The notes under the pieces: generated by a model | Databases searched by the model: none | What the model saw: the letters and a program-made list of their open reading frames with translations, nothing else | What the model was told of the DNA's origin: nothing | Position numbers and translations under genes: made by a program | Shown here: positions 22,594 to 29,778 of the stretch, in pieces | Numbering within the stretch: the stretch's first letter is position 1 | Layout of the letters: each line of letters begins with the position of its first letter | NCBI RefSeq assembly: GCF_007559435.1 | Contig: NZ_VMBP01000001.1 | Location: 465,406 to 497,405, forward strand | Length of the DNA: 32,000 bases | Direction of reading: 5' to 3' | Source: Ancylobacter moscoviensis | Lineage (GTDB): Bacteria > Pseudomonadota > Alphaproteobacteria > Rhizobiales > Xanthobacteraceae

Positions 22594-25500
22594 TCAGAGA
22601 TTGCGCCGCGATCGTTCGATCGCCGCCGCCATCTCAGCGGTGATCTGCGATTGCGCGCGCCGGAAGGAAGAGGCGTCCGGCGTCGAGACGTTGAAGGTCA
22701 GCATGATCGGCGAGGACGATCCTCCGCGACCGCGCTCATAATCCGCAGCTTCCGCCCGGTTCAGGACCCTCTCACCGCGCTGAAGGATTGCCGGCATCTC
22801 GTCGGGCTTGAGATAACCGCCGCTGTGAAGCCGCGGCGCGCCGGCGAAAGCGAGAGCCGGCATCATGCGCATGGTCCCGCCGGCCCCGACGAGCCCCCCC
22901 TCGTGAAAGAGGCCAGCGAAAATCTGGCCGAAGAAGCCGCCGGCATTCGAGAGCGTCGGCAAATTGCCGCCGAACAGGAAGTTCTTGAGCGGATTGAGGA
23001 CCGCGAGCTTGATGATCTCGCGGCTGATGTCCTGCAAGGCCGAGCGTCCGGCATCTGCCCAGGACTTCCAGTCGGTCTTGCCCTGCGCCAGCACATCGCC
23101 GAAGCGGTCGAGCGCCGAGCCGACCGCGTTTTCGAGGCCGCGATAAGCCGCATCCTGCTTCTGCAGCTCCTGCGTCAGGCGCTCGACGCGACCGGCATTC
23201 TCGACGATCTTCTGGCCTTCCTCGGAGGCGAGATCGATGCCGCGCAAGCGCAGGCCCTGTTCGGCGCGGATCTGGGCGATCACCAGACCGCGCTCTGAGG
23301 CACTGCGGCCGACAAGCTCGATCTGCTTTTCGAGAAGCTTGATCTCGTCTTGCTGGTCGAGGATCGCCTGACGCCCGGCGAGCGTTCGCGTCAGTTCCTC
23401 AATCCGCCGCGCGCCCGCGAGTGCCGCCTGTCCTTCCGGGCTGCCCTTGTCGATCCCGACGCGGCGAAGCGCCTGGATCTCGCGAAGAACGGCAAGCTCG
23501 TCGCCACGCTTGGCGACCGAGGCTCCGACGAGCGCCACCTGGCGTTCGAGAAGAGCGATCTCTTCGCGCTGCTCGACAAGGCGCTCCTGGCCGCGCAGGC
23601 TTCGGCCGAGGCTCTCGATCTGGCCCGCCGCTTCGACATAGGCGCGCCCTTCGGCAGAAGCGATGTCGATGCCGCGCTGGCGCAGCTCCTGCTCGGCGCG
23701 CAGGATCGCCAGCACGCTGGACCGGGCGGCGACGCTCGCATTGACGAGCCCGACTTGCCGCTGCAGCAGTTCGATCTCGCGCCGCTTGTCCTCGATCGCC
23801 GAAAGCGCCTGCCCGCGAGCCTCCTCGGCATTGAGGCGCCCATAGGCTTCGCGCAGGCGCTCAATGATCTGCGTCAGCGTCGCGCGCGCATCGCCTTCCG
23901 CCAGGGCCTGCGCCGTGATGAGCGGCCGCAGGGCTTGTTCGAGCTGAAGCTGCTGCTGGGCGCGCGACGACGTGATCGTGCCCGAGGCGATGAGATCGTT
24001 GACCCGACGGCGTGCATCCGCCTCGAGGCCCAGATCCTGAACCTGTTTGGCGGCCGTCGCCGCGGTTTCGGCGATCCGCTCGCGTAAGGCCTGGCGGGCG
24101 CGGGTTTCGGCGTCGATTCCGTCGCGCGCCTGATCGATCAGCCCTTGCCGTCGGGCCTCAGCCGTCTCGGCGGCAGTCGCGCCTTCGAGGTAGGCCCGAG
24201 CGAGCGCCAGCGTCGCCCGGATCGTGACTTCGGTGACATTCGACTGCGACCGCAGCGCTTCGGCGGCAATATCCGAGCGGCTGCGGAACGCCTCCGCAGC
24301 GACTGCGGCAGTTCCAAGGCCGTCGCGATAGCGGTCGAGTTCGGCCCGGACGCGAGCATAGGCCTGCTCGACCTGCCCAACATCGGCGAGCTTGGCACGT
24401 GCCTGTGGGTCGGAGAGCGCCGCTCGCAGCGCGGCTTCCTGCTCGCGCAGACGCAGGAGATCGCGAGAACCCGGCGTGAGATCCCGCGCGGTTTCTCCAG
24501 CGCGGACTGAAAGCTCGTTCGCTCGGGCATCTGCGGCGATCTCGCGGGCGCGGCGCTGCTGTTCGTCCAGCTGCCGTTCGAGTTCTGCAATGCGCTGCTC
24601 GACCTGCGGCAGCATGAGGGGCACGAAGCCCGCGCTGTTCGCATTCTCTTGAAGCCTGGCGCGTTGCCAGCGCAGGAGATCGAGTTCTTCCTCGGGCCTC
24701 CGACCATCGACCGCCCGATCGACGGCGCGTCCGATGGCGTCCCAGGCGTTCGAAGCTTGGCGCCTGACATAGTCCCAGGCGCGACCGAAGGCATTGGTCG
24801 CCTGTTCGGCATTGGCGAGCGCCGGCACGAGGGCGTTCAGAAGAACGCGCTGCGCCTCCGTCCGGTTGTTCTGCTCGACCAGCGTGCGGATATAGGTCCG
24901 CGTGCGGTCGTCGAGGAAAGCGAGACGCTGATTGAGTTCATCGCCGCCGCGGACCGGGTCGGCGAGCGCCCCCGCCAGTTGCTCGGCGCCCTGCTTCGTC
25001 TCGACGCCGAGGGTGACCGCGAAATTCCGAGCGATGCTGATCGCCCGGCCCATTTCCTCCGCGCCGATCCTGCCGGTGCGGAGGAACGCAACCTCCATTT
25101 CGCGCGCCGACGAGACGGAGACTCGGCCAGCTTCCGAAGAGGTCCGGGCGATCCGTTCGAGTTGGGCGTTGGTCGCGCCCGAAGCACGACCAACGCCCGC
25201 GAGAGCCGTGGCGACGGCACGGGTCGAGGCATCGTTGGCGATCCAGGCGGCAGTGAGCCCGGCCGCAGCCACCGTGACGCCGGCGATCACGCCACCGACC
25301 ACGCCGATCGCCGACCCCAGCGTTGCCAGCGTCCCCCGCAGGCCGCCAAAAGCCTGCGTCACCTGACCACCCTGCTGGAGCAGGATGGTCATCGGCGAGA
25401 TGCCGGAGCCGAGCGAGGCGACGACATCATTGAACGTATATTGCAGCGTCAGGAGCTGCTGGCGCGACAGCGCGCTTGCGCCACCTACACCCCTGAGCGC

Positions 25501-25989
25501 CTTTTCCGTCGCCTCAAAACGCTGGCGGGCGAGCGTCTGCGCCGCCGCGTGCTCGGCGCTGGTGATGGCGCCGCGCTTGGCAAGCGCCGCATATTCTCCG
25601 AGTTCGCGGTTGAGCCGGTCCTGCGCGGCGCCGAGCGGGTCGAGTTCCGCCCGGAGCGCCGCCGCCCGACGGGCGAAGCTGTCAGCCTCGCGCGCCGCTT
25701 CCTCGAAGACGGCTGCCGAATCCCGCGCCGATTTCGGGACGGCAGTATCGACGCCGAGCACCGTGTTGAAGCGCTGCTGCGAAGCATCGGCCGCAGCAGC
25801 GAGTTTCGCGGTTTCCGCAAGGCGCTTCAGCCGGGCGGCCTGGCGGTCGATGGCAGCGCCAGCCTGATCGGTCGTGCGTTCGACTTGGCTGAATGCCGCG
25901 TGTCCGGCTCCGGCGACTTCCTCGAAACCACGCTTGACCTCCGCTTTGCCTTCGAGCCCGAGGCGGATCGAGACATTGGTGGTGGACAT
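22594..25989 (-). CDS. Tail tape measure protein (1131 aa)
   Basis: The protein is very long, Ala/Arg/Glu/Gln-rich and helical, with a central hydrophobic Gly-rich segment (GVVGGVIAGVTVAAAGLTAAWIA). It lies after the G/GT chaperone and before the g12-like gene, and it carries internal 72-aa repeats. Confidence 0.9.
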   Translation of the reverse strand: MSTTNVSIRLGLEGKAEVKRGFEEVAGAGHAAFSQVERTTDQAGAAIDRQAARLKRLAETAKLAAAADASQQRFNTVLGVDTAVPKSARDSAAVFEEAAREADSFARRAAALRAELDPLGAAQDRLNRELGEYAALAKRGAITSAEHAAAQTLARQRFEATEKALRGVGGASALSRQQLLTLQYTFNDVVASLGSGISPMTILLQQGGQVTQAFGGLRGTLATLGSAIGVVGGVIAGVTVAAAGLTAAWIANDASTRAVATALAGVGRASGATNAQLERIARTSSEAGRVSVSSAREMEVAFLRTGRIGAEEMGRAISIARNFAVTLGVETKQGAEQLAGALADPVRGGDELNQRLAFLDDRTRTYIRTLVEQNNRTEAQRVLLNALVPALANAEQATNAFGRAWDYVRRQASNAWDAIGRAVDRAVDGRRPEEELDLLRWQRARLQENANSAGFVPLMLPQVEQRIAELERQLDEQQRRAREIAADARANELSVRAGETARDLTPGSRDLLRLREQEAALRAALSDPQARAKLADVGQVEQAYARVRAELDRYRDGLGTAAVAAEAFRSRSDIAAEALRSQSNVTEVTIRATLALARAYLEGATAAETAEARRQGLIDQARDGIDAETRARQALRERIAETAATAAKQVQDLGLEADARRRVNDLIASGTITSSRAQQQLQLEQALRPLITAQALAEGDARATLTQIIERLREAYGRLNAEEARGQALSAIEDKRREIELLQRQVGLVNASVAARSSVLAILRAEQELRQRGIDIASAEGRAYVEAAGQIESLGRSLRGQERLVEQREEIALLERQVALVGASVAKRGDELAVLREIQALRRVGIDKGSPEGQAALAGARRIEELTRTLAGRQAILDQQDEIKLLEKQIELVGRSASERGLVIAQIRAEQGLRLRGIDLASEEGQKIVENAGRVERLTQELQKQDAAYRGLENAVGSALDRFGDVLAQGKTDWKSWADAGRSALQDISREIIKLAVLNPLKNFLFGGNLPTLSNAGGFFGQIFAGLFHEGGLVGAGGTMRMMPALAFAGAPRLHSGGYLKPDEMPAILQRGERVLNRAEAADYERGRGGSSSPIMLTFNVSTPDASSFRRAQSQITAEMAAAIERSRRNL

Positions 25990-26012
25990 GGAGGTGGATC
26001 GGCCTTCCGGGC

Positions 26013-26334
26013 TCAGGCACCGTCGGTCCCGCGCCGGTAGGCGGCGACGACGATCGGTTCGATTTCGGGCAAGATGTCAGCAAGGAGCGCGGTGCCGGCC
26101 CCCATCGCCTGCGCGAGCGCCAGGATCGCGGCGAAGTCGAGCGCATAGGCTGCGCCCATCACGGCTCGGATCTGTCCAGTCGAGCGACGGATCACTTCCC
26201 AGGCAAGAAGCCCGTCGCCAGTCTGCAGCGCATTGATCTCATAGGGGCACTCGGGACATCTGCTCGGACACGCCGAGCAATAGCTTTCGCCCCCGTCGAA
26301 GTGCCATGTGGCGAGGGCGATCAGACGTTTTTTT
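26013..26334 (-). CDS. gpT-like -1 frame extension of the tail assembly chaperone (GT fusion C-terminal part)
   Basis: The -1 frame reads KKRLIALATWHFDGGESYCSACPSRCPECPYEINALQTGDGLLAWEVIRRSTGQIRAVMGAAYALDFAAILALAQAMG...RRGTDGA. There is no ATG before GTG 26195, yet the coding bias extends up to the slippery site. Confidence 0.55.
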
Positions 26335-26677
26335 CATCGACCCCCGTGAGAGCCGGCCCGACATAGAGCCGGTCGAAGGCGTCAAAAGCCGGCCAATGGT
26401 CCATGAGCTGGTCGATGCGCTCCGGCGTCGGCTTCACCGGGGTGCCGTCCTTGTCGCCGACACCGTCCCAACTCACGATTGCGTGCCGCGCGAGCGCACG
26501 GGTGAAGGCCTCACCCGCCGCGATGGTGGCATCGTCATCCGCTGCGCGCAGCACCTCGGCGGCTGCGGCGCGCGCCAGCAGCATCGCGGCGACGGTGATC
26601 GGACGCACGGTGACGCGAACGCCCGACAGGAGGTCGAGATCGACAGGCGTTTCCGAAATGACATCGAGCTTGAGCAT
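26321..26677 (-). CDS. Tail assembly chaperone (gpG-like, zero-frame product)
   Basis: The ATG at 26677 follows GAAGGA. The 118-aa acidic protein lies between the tail tube and tape measure genes and ends ...GVDEKNV with an A7 run two codons before its stop. Confidence 0.75.
   Translation of the reverse strand: MLKLDVISETPVDLDLLSGVRVTVRPITVAAMLLARAAAAEVLRAADDDATIAAGEAFTRALARHAIVSWDGVGDKDGTPVKPTPERIDQLMDHWPAFDAFDRLYVGPALTGVDEKNV
26328..26334 (-). promoter_or_regulatory. Candidate -1 programmed ribosomal frameshift slippery site A_AAA_AAC
   Basis: The minus strand reads GAT GAA AAA AAC GTC TGA. The heptamer A AAA AAC is in the correct X XXY YYZ register, and the -1 frame stays open for about 105 codons with GC3-rich codons. 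Confidence 0.6.
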
Positions 26678-26687
26678 GGGTTTTCCT

Positions 26688-27953
26688 TCAGTATGAGGCG
26701 ACATCGTTGATGAGGACGCAGGTTGCGGTCTGGTTGAGAGTCGGGTCCCTGGCCGACTGGAACGCGAAGGGGATCTGGATGCCGCCCGGGCCTTGGATCT
26801 GGCGATCACCGCGCGGCAGAAACACGCGATGCAGCGTCCAGGTGAGCGACGCGCTCGGACCCGCCGTCCAGCCGAAGGCGAGTTCACAGGGCGTCCGGTT
26901 CGTCGCCTGATCGACGAGCGTGGTGTCGGAGAAACGGGTGGTGATCGTGCCCGTCGCGGCGATGATGCCGGGGTCGGCATCGGCGATGCGCCCGTCCGAG
27001 CGGATGACTTCGACCCGTTCGAGATTGTTGGAATAGGCGAGCTCGGCTGAGACGATATTGCCGAGTGCAACGCCGTTGCGCTTCACCTCGCCCTGAAATT
27101 GCGAGAAGCGATCGAGCACCAGGCTCGTGGGCGTTCCAGCTTGCGTGCTCGTTGCGACGCTCTCGCCCTGTGCAATGAGATTGATCGTTGCCGAGAGAAG
27201 GCCGGAGCGTTGTGCCTGGACCTGGAACCGATTGACCCGCGCGCCGTAGGTCATGCCGAAGAAGGGCACGTCGGGAAGTTGCATCTCGATTGCCATTGAC
27301 GGCAGGGATTGCGCTCCCGAGACGAAGGTATGGCTGTTGGCGCCGCCGGCGAGGGTCGCGCCCGACGGCGTGCCGTTCGACGCCGCCTGCGTGGCAAGCG
27401 TATAGGCATTGCCGGCAGCTCCGATCGTGTCGTGGGTGATGGTGAGCGTCGTGCCGCCCGTCTGGGCGTAGGTTGCCGCGGCGATCTGCGAGACTGCAGA
27501 GGCGTTCAGCGCGGTCACGAGGTTCGTCAGGGTCGCTGCGAGATTGGCGCCGATCTGGCTCTCGTTCCCGCTCGGAGCGGAGCTGACGAAGGTCCACGCG
27601 ATGCCGTTCAGCGTGATCGTCGAACTATTGGCGGGTTGGGCTGAGAACACGATCGAACCGCTGGCTGCGACCACAGCAGCACTCGTGGGTGGCCCCATGA
27701 GGCCGCGCAGCCAGAAGCCGATATTGCGCTGGTCGACCGGGACGACGACGTCGCCCTCGTTGTTGATGACGTCGTAGGCCGGCTGCTGCGGCTCCCGCCC
27801 GAAGCCGAGAAGATCGCTCTCGATCAGGCTTTGCTCTTCGCCGAGATTAGCCGAGACGAAGGGGAGCTTGCGGTAGCCGGAGGCCGGAGGGACTCCGTAG
27901 GTCGATTCGAACACGGCCGCGAGGCCGGCGTTCGCGCCGCGTGCGCGCGCCAT
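26688..27953 (-). CDS. Major tail (tube) protein with a large internal insertion
   Basis: The ATG at 27953 follows AAGGAG. The 421-aa protein lies immediately upstream of the chaperone pair. Its N-terminal part (AAVFESTYGVPPASGYRKLPFVSANLGEEQSLIESDLLG) and beta-rich C-terminal half are typical of siphovirus tube proteins. Confidence 0.7.
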   Translation of the reverse strand: MARARGANAGLAAVFESTYGVPPASGYRKLPFVSANLGEEQSLIESDLLGFGREPQQPAYDVINNEGDVVVPVDQRNIGFWLRGLMGPPTSAAVVAASGSIVFSAQPANSSTITLNGIAWTFVSSAPSGNESQIGANLAATLTNLVTALNASAVSQIAAATYAQTGGTTLTITHDTIGAAGNAYTLATQAASNGTPSGATLAGGANSHTFVSGAQSLPSMAIEMQLPDVPFFGMTYGARVNRFQVQAQRSGLLSATINLIAQGESVATSTQAGTPTSLVLDRFSQFQGEVKRNGVALGNIVSAELAYSNNLERVEVIRSDGRIADADPGIIAATGTITTRFSDTTLVDQATNRTPCELAFGWTAGPSASLTWTLHRVFLPRGDRQIQGPGGIQIPFAFQSARDPTLNQTATCVLINDVASY

Positions 27954-28015
27954 GTCGATGCTCCTTGATGTGAATGGTCAGAATTGCTGGTCCGCCTGCG
28001 CAGACCGATCCGCGT

Positions 28016-28450
28016 TCAGCCCAGCGGGTCTGAAGTCGCGTAGATGGCGAGGATCGAGAATTCGGCGATGCGCCCCGGCAGTGCGCCGAGCGTCTCAACA
28101 TCGTCGGTCACTGGCGCTTCTGCTTCGATCCAGTCGCAGAGCCCCCCGAGCGTGCGGTCGCTCACTAACGACGCCCCGATGGCCCCGAGCATCTGGTCGA
28201 TGACCGCCTCACGAGGCAGCGTCGCGCTCTCATAGGCCGCGATCTCCACGGGCACGCGGTGGCTATAGAGATAAGTGAGTGGTGACAGCGTCACCTCCGG
28301 CTCGCCGGGATCGCCGTCGCGGACGACGACGAGACCGCCGGGGCCGATCCGTTCCGCCTTGGCGAGATTGCGCTTCACCTCCGCGCCGGGTAGCACCCCG
28401 ACGATCCGGGCGGTGACGGCGTTGAGAACGGCTTCTCGCTTCGAGGTCAT
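28016..28450 (-). CDS. Tail terminator / tail completion protein (assigned by position)
   Basis: The ATG at 28450 overlaps the upstream stop (ATGA). The 144-aa protein MTSKREAVLNAVTARIVGVLPGAEVKRNL... lies between the connector genes and the tube gene. Confidence 0.5.
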   Translation of the reverse strand: MTSKREAVLNAVTARIVGVLPGAEVKRNLAKAERIGPGGLVVVRDGDPGEPEVTLSPLTYLYSHRVPVEIAAYESATLPREAVIDQMLGAIGASLVSDRTLGGLCDWIEAEAPVTDDVETLGALPGRIAEFSILAIYATSDPLG

Positions 28451-29079
28451 GACGTTCGCCAATGTCGGGCGATGAGGGACGGCACGCGCCCGGCCCATGC
28501 TCGAGCTGCGGCATCGATGTCGAGGCGCTTGCGCAAGGAAACCTGCGGGACGAGTAGGAAGATCACGGCAGTCGCATGGCCCGTCTTTCGCCGGTTCGGC
28601 GCGGCGCGACCTTTGGTGTTGATGCGGGCATTGTCGGCGACGAGCAGCGATGGCTGGCCGCGACGATAGACGAAGCGCAATCGCATGCCGGTGCGGCGTT
28701 CCCAGCCTCCCGGCGTGATGCGCGCTGATCGGCCATTCGCTCCGATGCCGCTCGTTCCGGCCGCGGCTGTCGGGATCGCCAGCCAGAAGCCGCTCTTCGA
28801 ACGGATCACCACTCCACGATCGAAGGCGTCGATCAGCTTGGGTGCCTTCGACCAGACGAAGGCTGCGGCCTCCATGCTCGATCCAGTATCGGGATAGGTT
28901 TTCCCGCGCCACGTCCGCGACAGTCGCTCGCCGAGCCGCGAGGACACGACGTCCTGGCGCAGCGCCTCCTTCAGCCCGGTCGTCGCGTCGCGCATCCCGG
29001 ATGTGACGGCGCTTTCGATCGCCCGTTCGGTGCCCGCGAGCGCCTTGCCGAGATCAGGCATCTGGATTGTCAGGCGCAT
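28447..29079 (-). CDS. Phage neck/connector protein (HK97 gp10-like position)
   Basis: 210-aa ORF tightly packed in the head-tail joining block. The function is assigned from gene order only. Confidence 0.5.
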   Translation of the reverse strand: MRLTIQMPDLGKALAGTERAIESAVTSGMRDATTGLKEALRQDVVSSRLGERLSRTWRGKTYPDTGSSMEAAAFVWSKAPKLIDAFDRGVVIRSKSGFWLAIPTAAAGTSGIGANGRSARITPGGWERRTGMRLRFVYRRGQPSLLVADNARINTKGRAAPNRRKTGHATAVIFLLVPQVSLRKRLDIDAAARAWAGRVPSLIARHWRTS

Positions 29080-29080
29080 C

Positions 29081-29395
29081 TCACAGTTCGACCATTTCGC
29101 AGGCCCAGACCATGCCGAGCCGGTCGATCATGGGTGTTCCGATCACCTTGAAGGTCGATGCTCCGATTTCGACGAGGTCGCCCTCGGCCGGCGTCGATAT
29201 GTCGGATCTCCGAACATCCATGACGACCGTCGGCAGCACGACGCGGGTGTCACCGAAACCGTCCGTGGCGTCCGGCATCTTGCGGATGATCGCGACGGAC
29301 ACGCCTGGCCCAATCCCGCCCGCCTTCCAGAGCGCGGCCTCGGCGAGATTGGGATCGGTGAAAAGCACGTCGACCGCAGCGCGGAACGCTCCCAT
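29081..29395 (-). CDS. Head-tail joining / head completion protein
   Basis: 104-aa ORF. The pattern AAVDVLFTDPNLAEAALW...VVMDVRRSDISTPAEGDLVEIGASTFKVIG resembles small head-tail attachment proteins. Its position, after the decoration gene, fits this role. Confidence 0.55.
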   Translation of the reverse strand: MGAFRAAVDVLFTDPNLAEAALWKAGGIGPGVSVAIIRKMPDATDGFGDTRVVLPTVVMDVRRSDISTPAEGDLVEIGASTFKVIGTPMIDRLGMVWACEMVEL

Positions 29396-29397
29396 GT

Positions 29398-29733
29398 TCA
29401 GGCCGTGCCGTTCAGCCGAACGCGCCCGATGGTTTCACCGGCGCTGCTGCCGACGGCCTCGATCGCTGCACCGATCAACGTATTGGTGCTGACGGTCTTT
29501 GTGACTTCCTTGGCGGTGTTGTCCCAATAGACCTTGTCGCCGACGGACCAGGCTTGGCTCGCGGTCTTCTTCAGATCGAAGACGCCGACAAGGTGTGCCT
29601 CGACCAGTTCGCCAAGTGCGGCGGAAGCGGTCGCAACACCGAAGACGGAGCCGACGAGGAGACCGTCGCCGGACGCGACGGCATAAGGCGCGGCGAGCGT
29701 GATCGTGCGCCCAGGCTGGACGTAGTTCTTCAT
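29398..29733 (-). CDS. DUF2190-family capsid decoration/cement-type protein
   Basis: MKNYVQPGRTITLAAPYAVASGDGLLVGSVFGVATASAALGELVEAHLVGVFDLKKTASQAWSVGDKVYWDN is the characteristic DUF2190 pattern. The gene lies directly after the capsid gene, with an AAGGAA Shine-Dalgarno. Confidence 0.8.
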   Translation of the reverse strand: MKNYVQPGRTITLAAPYAVASGDGLLVGSVFGVATASAALGELVEAHLVGVFDLKKTASQAWSVGDKVYWDNTAKEVTKTVSTNTLIGAAIEAVGSSAGETIGRVRLNGTA

Positions 29734-29778
29734 GGCTTCTGTTCCTTGAGTGGAAAGGCGTTGATGATCGCAATCGGA

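Noticed and set aside
22651-26040. Plus-strand ORFs of 215-463 aa antisense to the tape measure gene
   Set aside because: They are low-complexity Arg/Ala/Gly-rich translations opposite a confidently called 1131-aa gene, so they are artefacts of GC content.
26013-26195. Independent 60-aa gene starting at GTG 26195
   Set aside because: Coding bias continues about 125 nt further upstream in the same frame, without a start codon, right up to an A7 slippery site. The frameshift-extension model explains this better.
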